Below, one piece after another: positions 20,700 through 30,790 of a DNA stretch of 64,000 nucleotides. The notes under the pieces were generated by a model, which ran no database searches, had not been told where the DNA came from, and worked only from the letters and a program-made list of their open reading frames with translations. Origin of the DNA: an uncultured delta proteobacterium (GTDB lineage: Bacteria > Desulfobacterota > Desulfobacteria > Desulfobacterales > Desulfatirhabdiaceae); assembly GCA_963789395.1 (NCBI GenBank), contig CAWBKP010000013.1:128001-192000 (forward strand), given 5' to 3'. Numbering within the stretch: position 1 is the first letter of the stretch; every line of letters begins with the position of its first letter. Made by a program: the position numbers and the translations under genes.

Positions 20700-21467
20700 A
20701 TGAGTACGGGTCTTGAATTTAAACCGAGAATATTGGGGTTTGTCTGCCATTGGTGAGCATATGGCGCTGCTGACCTTGCTGGAGTTTCCAGACTGCAATA
20801 TGCAAATGAAATGAGGCTGATTCGCGTCATGTGTTCCGGCAGAGTAGACCTGGACTTTATCCTCCGAGCCTTTTCGAACGGGCAGGACGGCGTGTTTATC
20901 GGCGGCTGCAAATTGGATGAATGCAACTACATCACGCATGGAAATTATGACGCATTGAGTGTCACCTATATCTGCAAGAAAATTATGGAACACATCGGCC
21001 TGAACCCGGAAAGACTGAGGATACAGTTTATGTCGGGAGCGGATGGAAACCTTCTGGCTGAAGTTGCAGATGAGTTTACCAAAAAGATCAAGGCCCTGGG
21101 GCCGCTCGGCAAAGGTGAAGGCATCGACGAAAAGGGCTTGAAGATCAAACTTGAAGCCGTTCGAAAATTAGTTCCCTATATCCGGCTGGTGGAAAGAGAG
21201 CGGCTGAGGATCCCGGTAAAATCGAAAGAAAGTTATCATGAATTTTTCACCAGCGACGTGTTTGACGGGCTGTTTAATGAATTGATCGCCAGCAAAATGG
21301 CCATAAGCCAGATCATGCTGCTCCTTCGGGAAAGGCCGCTTTCCACGGGCAACATCTCCGAGATGCTGGGTCTGAGTCCGTCTGAAATATCAAAACACAT
21401 GAATGTGTCATCAAGGCACGGATTTGTCAGGTACGATGAAAGCCGCAAGTGCTATGCGCTCGCTTAG
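20700..21467 (+). CDS. bamF: Class II BCR MvhD-like subunit, selenoprotein (Sec at UGA 20754-20756), with C-terminal winged-helix-like extension
   Basis: AAGGAGG RBS and ATG 20700 give MSTGLEFKPRILGFVCHW-UGA-AYGAADLAG, in frame with 20811-21467 (RVMCSGRVD, GGC...C). Matches the MvhD CxWC motif with C replaced by U. Confidence 0.93.
20757..20803 (+). promoter_or_regulatory. Putative bacterial SECIS element for bamF
   Basis: Lower stem GCATAT/ATATGC and apical stem CTGGA-GTT-TCCAG, with the loop G 28 nt after the UGA. Confidence 0.65.
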
Positions 21468-21537
21468 GGTGATCATGAGAGGCCAGATGCCCCCTGTAAA
21501 TAGAGGATTGAGGGAACAATAGATTAGGACAGTGTTT

Positions 21538-21990
21538 ATGGATAACGATAGAATCGATCAAATCATTGAAAAACATCATGGAGAGGCCAGCTCACTGATT
21601 CAGGTATTACTGGAGATTCAGAGCGAATACAACTGGCTTCCCAAGGAGGCATTGGAGAGGGTCGGCGAAAAATTGAGTGTTCCGTTTACCCGGATACAGC
21701 ATATTGCCACCTTCTATAAAGCCTTCAGTCTGGTTCCCAAGGGACGCCACGGCATTCACATCTGTATGGGGACTGCCTGCCATGTTCGCGGTGCCAAGCG
21801 TGTTCTCGATACGGTGCAGGAAATGACTGGGATTAGCCCCGGCGAAACGGATCTGGACATGAAATTCAGCCTTGAAACGGTTAACTGCCTCGGCTGCTGT
21901 GCGTTGGGACCGGTTATGGAAATCAATGGGAAGACTTACGGTAAGATGGTGCCGGGCGCAACCGCGGACGTGTTAAAAAACTACGAGTAG
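21538..21990 (+). CDS. bamG: Class II BCR NuoE-like 2Fe-2S subunit
   Basis: ATFYKAF, CMGTACHVRG, VNCLGCCALGP. Confidence 0.92.
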   Translation: MDNDRIDQIIEKHHGEASSLIQVLLEIQSEYNWLPKEALERVGEKLSVPFTRIQHIATFYKAFSLVPKGRHGIHICMGTACHVRGAKRVLDTVQEMTGISPGETDLDMKFSLETVNCLGCCALGPVMEINGKTYGKMVPGATADVLKNYE

Positions 21991-21999
21991 GATAAAATT

Positions 22000-23927
22000 A
22001 TGTCGAGGATAAATTCACCAGCTGAATTGGAAGAATTCAGAAAGGGCGATCCTGTCGAAGCGGGATCCGGATAAACCCTGTATTACGCTTTGTTCGGGCT
22101 CTGCCTGCCATGCTTCGGGCAGCGGGGAAGTTGCCGAAAGCCTTGTCGCAGAGATAAAAAAACATGGCCTGAATGATAAAGTGGACATCAGACGGACCGG
22201 TTGCCACGGCTTTTGCGAAAGGGGCCCGATAATCGTTATTCACCCCGATGAAATTTGTTACTTCCAGATAAAGCCTGAGGACGTTCCGGAGATTATCTCT
22301 CAGACGATATTGAGAAGAAGGTCATCGAGCGGCTGCTTTATACCGACCCCGACTCCAAAGAGAAGATTATCCATGAATCGAAAATCCCCTTTTACGAAAA
22401 CCAGAACCGGCTTGTTTTTGGTTCCAACGGAAGCATCGATCCCAAGAGCATCGACGACTATCTGGCAATCGGCGGTTATTCCGCATTGGCCAAGGCGCTT
22501 TTCGAAATGAGCGCTGAAGAGGTATTGGGGGAAGTTAAGAAATCCAACCTCAGGGGCAGGGGAGGCGGCGGATTTCCCGCTGGGAGAAAATGGGAAGGGT
22601 CGAGAAATGCCCCGGAGCCGATTAAATATGTGATCGTTAACGCCGACGAGGGAGACCCGGGCGCTTATATGGACAGAGCGCTCCTTGAAGGAAATCCGCA
22701 TGCAATCCTCGAAGGGCTGACTCTCGGCGCCTACGCCATCGGCGCCCACGAAGGCTATATATACGTTCGCCAGGAATACCCCCTGGCGGTTGAGAATGTG
22801 AACATCGCGATCAAGCAGGCCGAGGCGTACGGGTTTTTGGGCAAAGACATCCTGGGTTCCGGTTTTGATTTCAAGGTGATCGTGCACCAGGGGGCCGGCG
22901 CTTTCGTCTGCGGGGAATCCACGGCGCTGATGACGGCGTTGGAAGGCAGGGCCGGAGAGCCCAGACCGAAATATGTCCGCTCCAACATCGTGGGCCTTTG
23001 GGGCAGACCCAGCGTACTGAACAATGTTGAGACCTGGGCGAATGTGCCGCTGATCATCAATAAAGGCGCGGACTGGTTTACGCAATTCGGGACCGAAGGG
23101 AGCAAGGGCACGAAGATTTTCTCCCTGGTCGGCAAGATCACCAATACCGGCCTTGTGGAAGTCCCCATGGGCACGCAGCTGAGAGATATCATCTTCAAGA
23201 TCGGCGGCGGCATCCCGGGGGAGAGAAATTCAAGGCCGTCCAGACCGGTGGGCCGTCCGGCGGATGCATTCCCGAGGACATGCTGGATCTGGAAGTGGGT
23301 TTTGATGAACTCACCCAGGCAGGCTCCATGATGGGTTCCGGCGGAATGATCGTCATGGATGAAGATACCTGCATGGTGGATGTATCCCGGTACTTCATCG
23401 AATTTCTCACGGATGAATCGTGCGGCAAATGCACCCCGTGCCGTGAAGGCTTGCGGCAGATGCTCAAGATTCTCACGAACATCACCGAAGGAAAGGGAAA
23501 AGAAGGCGATATCGAGCTCTTGGAGGCACTGTCCGAAACAGCCATTGAAGCGTCCCTTTGTGCTCTGGGGAAAAGCGCCCCGAATCCTTTTTTAAGCACG
23601 CTGCGCTACTTCAGGCAGGAGTATGAAGCGCACATCAAGGAGAAGCGGTGCCCGGCTTTGTCCTGCAAGGAACTGATCGCGTTCCATATTGACCCGGTCA
23701 AGTGTCAGGCCTGCATGATTTGCGCAAAGAAGTGCCCAGCAGGAGCAATTGTCGGCGGCAAGAACAGGATACATGTCGTTGACCAGGAAAAATGCACAAA
23801 GTGCGGAACATGCTTTGAAGCCTGCCCGCCTCGTTTTGGTGCGGTGACGAAAATTTCCGGCGTGCCTGTTCCATCTCCTATCCCTGAAGAAGATAGAATT
23901 ATAACCCGAAAGGGCAAAGAAAAATGA
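22000..23927 (+). CDS. bamH: Class II BCR NuoF-like NADH/FMN subunit, with three apparent frameshifts (about 22048, 22310, 23220)
   Basis: Pieces join as MSRINSPAELEEFRKG/ILSKRD..CSGSAC..TGCHGFCERGP / LRGRGGGGFP, NADEGDPG, FVCGESTAL / TGGPSGGC, ESCGKCTPCREG and a C-terminal ferredoxin. Confidence 0.88.
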
Positions 23928-24538
23928 GTGAAATCCTTTTACAGATTGACGGCAATGAAGTTAAAGCACGGGAAGGGATGACCGTTCTGGAGGCGGCCCG
24001 AAGTGCGGGGATCGTCATCCCCACACTTTGTCACCATGAAAAGCTGGAGCCTTTCGGAGGGTGCCGCCTTTGCATCGTTGAGGTGGATGATCGCGGTTGG
24101 ACAAAACTCGTTGTTTCCTGCGTATATCCGGTTGAAAAAAATCTGGTCGTCAGAACCCGATCCGAGAAGGTGGATCGAATCCGCAAAATGATTCTGGAGC
24201 TGTTGATGGCCCATGCTCCCGATGCCTTCGAATTGGTGGAGTTGGCCAAAGAGTATGGCGCAGACAGAGACCGTTTTGAAAAAGAAGCCTCATTTTGCAT
24301 TCATTGCGGGCTGTGTGTCAGATACTGCGCCGAGGTCAAGAAAAAGAACGCTGTCGGATTTGTGGACAGAGGCATCCGGAAAGAGATCAGCTTCATTCCG
24401 GAAATCGCCGCCAAGGAGTGCTGGAATTGCAAGGAATGTTTTCCGCTTTGCCCGACCGAAGCGCTTCAGGCTGCTTTTGTGTTGACCCAGGCCTTGTTTT
24501 CCCCCTTGCCTTCGGCCAAATCCGCATCAGAGGAATAA
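23924..24538 (+). CDS. bamI: Class II BCR NuoG-N-terminus-like Fe-S subunit
   Basis: IPTLCHH...GGCRLCIVEV...SC, CIHCGLCVRYC, CWNCKECFPLCP. ATGA overlap with bamH. Confidence 0.9.
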   Translation: MSEILLQIDGNEVKAREGMTVLEAARSAGIVIPTLCHHEKLEPFGGCRLCIVEVDDRGWTKLVVSCVYPVEKNLVVRTRSEKVDRIRKMILELLMAHAPDAFELVELAKEYGADRDRFEKEASFCIHCGLCVRYCAEVKKKNAVGFVDRGIRKEISFIPEIAAKECWNCKECFPLCPTEALQAAFVLTQALFSPLPSAKSASEE

Positions 24539-24543
24539 GAGAG

Positions 24544-25380
24544 TTATTTCATGCGCGCCGCTATCCATTGTTCAACGTCCTGAAGCACCTTCGGGTGTTC
24601 GGGTTCATTGTATACTTCATGGTAAAGGCCGTCATAGAGTTTGATCTCTTTGTCGGCGGAGCTGACCAAATCATACAGCATTTTGGCTCCGGAAGGGTCG
24701 ACAATCCAGTCCGCGCCGCCCTGCAGAATCAGAATCGGCAGCGTGATTTTCCCTGCGTCGCTGCTGACCCGCTGCATGGCTTTCAGCATTTCGGCAGCCA
24801 GTCTGACCGTGGTTTTCCCCTTGTGCACCAGGGGATCATCAATATATGCCTGAACTACGGCCGGATCCCGGCTCACACCCTCGGGCGCTGTCTTGAGCAG
24901 TCCAAGCTTTGGCATCAGTGCGTCCAGCGCTTTTCCGATAAAAACGGTAACCGGTGAAACGTTGCCGGGCACTTTGACGCTCGGCCCGGAAAGAATCGCT
25001 CCTTTCAAGCCTGCCTGGTGGTCCAGCAGGTATACCGCGCCGATCAACCCGCCCATGCTGTGACCCACCAGAAAAATCGGTTTATCGCCTTGCCATCCTT
25101 GTATCCGGCCGAAGTACGATTTGACATTATCGATGAAATCCTCAAATCGGTCCACATATTTGCGGGTGCCGTCTGATTTGCCGTGTCCGGGGTGATCCAT
25201 CCCGTAAACCGCAAAGCCCATCGGTACAAAGTGATTGACGACATTCAAATATCTGCCGCTGTGTTCGCCCAACCCGTGGACGATCATCAGCACAGCTTTC
25301 GGCTCGCCATCCGGCAGCCAGCATTGGTGATAGATGCGGGTGCCGTGGACACCTTCAAAAAACCCATCCTGATGGTTCAT
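24544..25380 (-). CDS. Lysophospholipase-like alpha/beta hydrolase
   Basis: VHGLGEHSGRY, GHSMGG nucleophile elbow, QGGAD, YHEVYNEP. Confidence 0.92.
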   Translation of the reverse strand: MNHQDGFFEGVHGTRIYHQCWLPDGEPKAVLMIVHGLGEHSGRYLNVVNHFVPMGFAVYGMDHPGHGKSDGTRKYVDRFEDFIDNVKSYFGRIQGWQGDKPIFLVGHSMGGLIGAVYLLDHQAGLKGAILSGPSVKVPGNVSPVTVFIGKALDALMPKLGLLKTAPEGVSRDPAVVQAYIDDPLVHKGKTTVRLAAEMLKAMQRVSSDAGKITLPILILQGGADWIVDPSGAKMLYDLVSSADKEIKLYDGLYHEVYNEPEHPKVLQDVEQWIAARMK

Positions 25381-25485
25381 TTTCGATGACTTCCTGTTTT
25401 AAGGAGCGCTATGAGGCTTACCGTTAACGCCGGTCGCCGGTAATGCGCGCCACATGAATTCTTGATCCGCATCGGCGAAATACGG

Positions 25486-25929
25486 CTATTTGCGGCATTG
25501 CTGTTCGATGATGAATTGCATGGCCATGAGCTCTTCCTGATCTGCATCGGTTCCCTGAATGGCATGGACTGTTTCGGAAGCGGTGGCCGGGTTTTCGACA
25601 TAGGCGGCAGAGCTGACAATGCGAAATGCATTCGGAGTGTCCAGGGTGAAGAAAAGAATTGTAACGCGCTTTTCCGGCGCGCCGCCATAAAACGTGTAGT
25701 ACCAGTAGGGGGCATCTTCAGCGGTCTTGCCTGCTACGACTTGCGTATTCGACACATTTCGAACCGTGTATCCCTGATTCATAAGTCCATTCAAAAATAT
25801 AGACCGGACACAGTCGATTTTGACGTTTGTCAGCATAATTTCGGGATTGCCGGATGTGGTGGGCAGGGTCGCACAACCTGCAAGCAAAAATGCAAAGAAG
25901 AAGGGCATGATCCGCAGCATGAATTTCAT
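25486..25929 (-). CDS. Hypothetical lipoprotein
   Basis: Signal peptide with LAGC lipobox. Confidence 0.75.
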   Translation of the reverse strand: MKFMLRIMPFFFAFLLAGCATLPTTSGNPEIMLTNVKIDCVRSIFLNGLMNQGYTVRNVSNTQVVAGKTAEDAPYWYYTFYGGAPEKRVTILFFTLDTPNAFRIVSSAAYVENPATASETVHAIQGTDADQEELMAMQFIIEQQCRK

Positions 25930-25970
25930 TTTTTTTACTCTCTTTCTGCAATCGCAGTGAAAAACAGGGA

Positions 25971-26573
25971 TTATTTCGCGTTCTGATCCTTGATCATTTC
26001 GATTTCTAGGTTGATAAATACCGTATCACCGATCATCACTCCGCCAGTTTCCATGGGTTTATTCCAGGTGATGCCGAAATCCGTGCGATTGATTTTGGTG
26101 GTCGCCGAAGCACCGCGACGGATATTGCCCAAGGGGTCCTTAATTTCATTCGTGGGGCCTTCCACTTCTAAAACAACCTCGCGCGAAATGTCTCGGATAG
26201 AAAGGACGCCAAGGATTTTCAATTTCCCTTTTCCGTTTGGGGTCACTTTTCTGGATACAAAAGACATGGTCGGGTATTTGGCAGTATCAAAGAACTCATC
26301 GCTTGTCAGATGCGCATCGCGCTTGGCGACACCGGTGTTGATCGAGTCAATGTCAATGGTGACATCCACGGCCGATTTCGACATATCCTTTTCATCAATC
26401 TTGACCACACCTTTCACCTTACCGAATGTGCCTTTGACATTGGCGATCGTCAGGTGACGGATCTTGAACTGAATATTGGAATGATCCGGATCGATTGTCC
26501 AGGTGGACGCCATTGCAGAGGAAGAGATCAGACAAATCGAAGCTGCTGCAAGAATACGCATGATTCTGTTCAT
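25971..26573 (-). CDS. YceI family periplasmic protein
   Basis: Signal peptide, WTIDPDHS.I.F.IRH, SINTG..KRDAHL...FFD, INRTDFGI. Confidence 0.92.
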   Translation of the reverse strand: MNRIMRILAAASICLISSSAMASTWTIDPDHSNIQFKIRHLTIANVKGTFGKVKGVVKIDEKDMSKSAVDVTIDIDSINTGVAKRDAHLTSDEFFDTAKYPTMSFVSRKVTPNGKGKLKILGVLSIRDISREVVLEVEGPTNEIKDPLGNIRRGASATTKINRTDFGITWNKPMETGGVMIGDTVFINLEIEMIKDQNAK

Positions 26574-26627
26574 GATGTCATCTCCTTTCGGGGCGTGCCT
26601 CTTTATCCCACAAAACGCTTGCAAGGG

Positions 26628-27043
26628 TCAATACTTGCCGTCAATCACCTCTGCAAGTACGCCATGGCATTGTTTCGGATGCAGGAATGCAAAGTACCGG
26701 TTCAACTTGGCAAACCGCGGTTTCCGGTCGATCAGCCTTGCCCCGTTTCTTGCGAGCAGTCCAACTTCAAGGCGTTATCCACGTTGATGGAGAGCACCAT
26801 AATCCCTTCACCATGTCTGTCAATGAACCTGGCGACCTCGCCGGTTCCATCCATGTCTTCCATGATTTCAAGAGCTGTTTGCCCTATCATGAAATACGCG
26901 ACATTGATCTTCTCGTCATCGTCGGAATACCGGCCATCGACATCCCATCCGAAAGTCTGCCGGAAATCTTCTTCGGCCATCTTCAGATCTTTGACGGCGA
27001 TACTGATATGGTCGATATAATTTGTTTTCAGCTTTTCCGGCAT
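26628..27043 (-). CDS. VOC-family protein (methylmalonyl-CoA epimerase-like), with apparent frameshift near 26765
   Basis: IDHISIAVKDL...ALEIME...RFIDRHGEG continues in another frame as LLARNGARLIDRKPR...AFLHPKQCHGVLAEVIDGKY-stop. Confidence 0.8.
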
Positions 27044-27083
27044 TTTCCCTCCCTATTTTCTAGGGCGATGATCCCTGCAGGCA

Positions 27084-27537
27084 TCAAAGACTTCGTTCCA
27101 GGTTAATGGTTTCGGAGGGGCTGAACCGGTTCGCGTTGAAGAAATGGGTCAGCTGAGCATCTTTACTGTCGACCAGGGTGTTTATTTTTTTAACGCCGAG
27201 GCTTCTTAAATGCTCCATGAATTCATGAATCAGCTTTGCGCCGATACCCTGATGCCGATAATCGGGATCAATGCCGATGGTATCCAGAGTGGCCTGCTCC
27301 TGGAAAATACCGAATTCTCCCATATAGAGTTCCCCCATTACAAACCCCACCACCCGTTCCATCGGCTTCCTCCGCCACAAGCGATGTGGGCAAATATTCC
27401 TTGGATTTAAAAAGCCTTTCAAACTTCATTTCATAGTACTCCGACCGGGAAACCTTGAGTACTTTCCGGTCAATCCCGACCACAGCGTCAAAATCGTCAA
27501 CCTTCATAAGTCTGATTTTAATGGTGCTCTCGTTCAT
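27084..27537 (-). CDS. GNAT acetyltransferase, with apparent +1 frameshift near 27354
   Basis: ORFs 27268-27537 and 27084-27422 join at ADGT/VVGFVMG. IGIDPDYRHQGIG acetyl-CoA motif. Confidence 0.85.
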
Positions 27538-27636
27538 TGAGCCTCCTTTTGCTTCAGGGTCATATCTTGAGATCCAATTTCAACGGTCTTGTTATATGTC
27601 TATCATCTGAGCTGTTTTATTTCTTGACAGGAAAAA

Positions 27637-28131
27637 CTAGTCCAGATCGAGTTTCGCCTTACACTGATTGCAGGTTACAACGCCCCGGAAAACTTTATTG
27701 CCGCATTCGGGACATATATAGCGGGCTTCTTCATCTTGAATCCATTTTTCCGTACCAAACTCTCGCCAATAGGGAATCGCCCGCAAAATGACTTTTTTAC
27801 CGACAGCCATGGGGAAATTGTCAATGTGCCGGCAGGGAAATTCATCGCACTGGTGACATCCCGCGTAGCCCTTTTCCTGGGTGCATGTCCTGATCTCGCA
27901 CTGCCGGCAATGCATGAACAGATCATCCGACAGGCAGCCGCGGCATTTGATATCTTCCGTGGAAAGCGTTTCACTGTTGGGGAGAATTCCTTTGCCCTGA
28001 ACGTTTCCCTGGTAGACATTCACCAGCCGTTCCTTGAATTTTTGATTGTTGTCACGGCCTGCGACATAAATGGCACAGACGCCGCAATAAAGCCCGCAAG
28101 GTGCTATAAAATCCGGATTTATATTCATCAT
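27637..28131 (-). CDS. DUF3795-like Cys-rich protein
   Basis: APCGLYCGVC, C.GC, C..C.IR.C, CHQCDEFPC and a C-terminal CPECG..C..C zinc ribbon. AAGGAG RBS. Confidence 0.85.
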   Translation of the reverse strand: MMNINPDFIAPCGLYCGVCAIYVAGRDNNQKFKERLVNVYQGNVQGKGILPNSETLSTEDIKCRGCLSDDLFMHCRQCEIRTCTQEKGYAGCHQCDEFPCRHIDNFPMAVGKKVILRAIPYWREFGTEKWIQDEEARYICPECGNKVFRGVVTCNQCKAKLDLD

Positions 28132-28165
28132 GCTCTCCTTTTTCAATTCAAAAGGTTTCAATCAA

Positions 28166-28544
28166 TCAAGGCCGGAATTTTTCAATTTGCATGTCTTTAA
28201 GCATTTTATAATGTTTGTCATTCCCAGTTAAAATCGGCATACCGTAAGAAATGGCCGTTGCCCCTATCAGTGCGTCCGCAAGTTGAATGGAATGGCTTAA
28301 ATAATGTTGTTCTACAAAGAACATTGCTTTGGCATGATATCTCTTCTGAAATATACAGAATCTTCGAGTTCCAGGCATGGAGCGCCTTGCGAAGATGATT
28401 CAGCTCATTCTTGTTTCTCATGCCTTGGAACAATTCCATATATGTAATCACGGAAATAAAGAAATTCTTTGAATTTTCAATGGCTTTATACGCTTTTTCA
28501 TTCCCCTTCATGTACCAAACAAGAACATCTGTATCGATAACCAT
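28166..28544 (-). CDS. vapC: PIN-domain (VapC) toxin, with apparent frameshift near 28334
   Basis: MVIDTDVLV...ITYMEL joins AKAMFFV...LADALIGATA..LTGNDKHY. Confidence 0.85.
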
Positions 28545-28778
28545 TTAATGTCTGCCTTTTCTTAAATCCCGGACATATTCATCGACATCCTGGATCATTT
28601 CGTTATCTTTCCAGATACCAAACAATTCGTTTTTTGTGATTTCCTTTTGTTTTTCTGTGTAGGGAATCAGCTTGGCCCGAGGCTTGCCACGGAAGGTTAT
28701 GACAACTTCCTCGCCCCTGTTGACCGTATCCAGCAATTCTTTGGAGTGGAACCGGAGGTCTTTTGCAGTCGCTTTCAT
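28545..28778 (-). CDS. Phd/YefM family antitoxin
   Basis: TAKDLR....ELLD.V.RGEEVVIT.RGKP.AKLIP. Stop codon abuts the toxin start. Confidence 0.9.
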   Translation of the reverse strand: MKATAKDLRFHSKELLDTVNRGEEVVITFRGKPRAKLIPYTEKQKEITKNELFGIWKDNEMIQDVDEYVRDLRKGRH

Positions 28779-28798
28779 GATGCTGTCTCCATTTTTTT

Positions 28799-28843
28799 AT
28801 AGTTTATACTATGAAATATAAACTATGAGATAATTCATGTCAA
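28799..28843 (-). promoter_or_regulatory. Toxin-antitoxin promoter with autoregulatory operator
   Basis: Minus strand TTGACA-17-TATATT. A perfect palindrome ATAGTTTATA-N8-TATAAACTAT (28799-28826) overlaps the -10. Confidence 0.75.
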
Positions 28844-28935
28844 TACGGCGGCATATGGGCATTAAAACAACAGACCTTGTTTTCCGGCGGCAGTCGTGAG
28901 TCAGGGCCGGGACTTCACGCATTTTTTTTTAGACG

Positions 28936-29880
28936 CTAAACACCTGATTTAAGCTGTGCTGCCAATGCCCGGATATGCCGGTCATCGGTTCCGCAGCAGC
29001 CGCCAAGAATCTTCAACCCCAGTTCCCGGTGCAGCGCGGCAACGGATTTGCCGAAGGTTTCCGGATCTTCCTCTACCAGGCTTGTGCTGTTGTTAAGATC
29101 TTCGGGGCTGAGCGCCGCGGTGTTGGCCAGCAGTCCGATGACCCGCTGCCGGACAAGGGATGAAGAATTGACTGGATCCGTCAGTGCCGCCCTGGCAAAG
29201 GAAACATGGGTGCAGTTGATCAGGTAGGCCAAGGGCTGCGGTGATGCAGCGGCATCGATTGCAGCGATGGCCTCTTTCAGCGGCGTTCCATCCAGCAGGG
29301 TCCCTTCGGGGCGGGCAACGAAACTTATAACGTAGGGCCTGCCGGTTGCGGCAAGCGCCATAGCAAGGCCGGTAGCTTCGCTCAAGGCCGGAAGTGTTGC
29401 GGCAAGAAGAAAATCACTTCCTGCCAGCTTCTCCGCCTGCCAGGCGTGAAACGCCATCGCCTCGTCAACAGCCAGCGCATCGGCAGGACTGTAGGCATCC
29501 CCGCGGCAGCTCATCAAGCCGCAGATGACAACTTTATTTGCGTAGTCTCCGTAACGCTTCCGCAGTGCATCAAAAAACCGGATATTGTCGCCGTTCACAT
29601 CGGATCCGGCATAACCGGCCGCATCGATCCGTTCCCGGCTCGCCCGCCAGGTCGGGGTGGAGATCAGAAGCGGCAAGTCGAACTCGTTACCAATGTCCAG
29701 GTACTGCCGGTATATGGTCTCCAGGGCCGTGCGTTTCGAATCGTCATAGATAAATGCAGAATTGACCAGAAAAGGATCGAGTTCCAGATTGCCATTTCGC
29801 CGAAGGCGTTCGATAACCGCTCCCTCTCCGAGGATGCAGGGAGTGTTCTTAATAAATTCCACGATAGAGATATTGTTCAT
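28936..29880 (-). CDS. Homocysteine S-methyltransferase family protein
   Basis: TPTWRAS, GTLLDG, INCTH, ILGGCCGTD zinc motif. Confidence 0.88.
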   Translation of the reverse strand: MNNISIVEFIKNTPCILGEGAVIERLRRNGNLELDPFLVNSAFIYDDSKRTALETIYRQYLDIGNEFDLPLLISTPTWRASRERIDAAGYAGSDVNGDNIRFFDALRKRYGDYANKVVICGLMSCRGDAYSPADALAVDEAMAFHAWQAEKLAGSDFLLAATLPALSEATGLAMALAATGRPYVISFVARPEGTLLDGTPLKEAIAAIDAAASPQPLAYLINCTHVSFARAALTDPVNSSSLVRQRVIGLLANTAALSPEDLNNSTSLVEEDPETFGKSVAALHRELGLKILGGCCGTDDRHIRALAAQLKSGV

Positions 29881-30057
29881 TTATTGCTTAACCAGCTCCA
29901 TAATATTTGGGTTGATCTGCATATGATACAGAGTTCCAATTTCCTGCCCGCATAGTGCGTCTTGAGAATTTCTTGCTGAAACATTGATTGTCAATTTGTT
30001 GATCCCAAAGTAAAAACTCCCTTTCATGACATCTGCGGGCGGCATCGCCGCATCGGT

Positions 30058-30753
30058 TTACTCTGCCAACGCATATTCGACCGCTGCCACGGCATGGATC
30101 TTTGCTGTATCAAATAAAGGCACCCGGCAATCTTCATTATGAACCAACAACCCGATTTCGGTGCATCCCAAGATAATTCCTTCAGCGCCGGTCTCTGCCA
30201 ACTGCTCGATGATATCCAGGTAACGTTCTTTGGAGTTCTGTCGTATTTCACCGACCACCAGTTCATCGTAAATCACCCGATGCACAATTTCGCGTGCATC
30301 GGCTTCCGGGATGATTACTTCCAGGCCGTATTTCTGGGTGAGGCGGCTTTTGTAGAAATCTTCTTCCATCGTGAAGCGCGTACCGAGAAGACCAACCTTG
30401 TTGATCCCGGAATTCTTTATCTGCCTTGCAGTCGCATCAGCAATGTGCAGAAAGGGAATCAGGATATTCGCCTGGATTTCATCCGCCACTATATGCATCG
30501 TGTTGGTGCAAAGGACAATAAAATCCGCACCGCAGTTCTCTAAACTTCTGGCTGCCTCAATCAACATTTGGGCCGCCTCCTGCCAGGTGTCCTGATGCTG
30601 CAGGCGCTCTATCTCTGCAAAATCCACGGAATACAGGATGCTTTTTGCCGAATGAAGTCCGCCGAGTTTCGCTTTGGTTGTTTCGTTGACGATGCGGTAG
30701 TACTCGACTGAGGACTCCCAGCTCATGCCGCCGATAAGGCCGATGGTTTTCAT
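30058..30753 (-). CDS. Aspartate/glutamate racemase family protein
   Basis: IGLIGGMSWES, LCTNTMH, LGTRFTME, LGCTEI. Confidence 0.93.
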   Translation of the reverse strand: MKTIGLIGGMSWESSVEYYRIVNETTKAKLGGLHSAKSILYSVDFAEIERLQHQDTWQEAAQMLIEAARSLENCGADFIVLCTNTMHIVADEIQANILIPFLHIADATARQIKNSGINKVGLLGTRFTMEEDFYKSRLTQKYGLEVIIPEADAREIVHRVIYDELVVGEIRQNSKERYLDIIEQLAETGAEGIILGCTEIGLLVHNEDCRVPLFDTAKIHAVAAVEYALAE

Positions 30754-30790
30754 TCTTTACTCCAGAAAAAATTTAATATTATTCAATATT

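Noticed and set aside
22000..23927. Programmed ribosomal frameshifting in bamH
   Set aside because: Three shifts in mixed directions with no slippery heptamers, and similar indels affect unrelated neighbouring genes.
29881..30027. 48-aa minus-strand ORF (MKGSFYFGINK...) abutting the methyltransferase start
   Set aside because: No clear RBS and no recognisable motif, so it cannot be supported.
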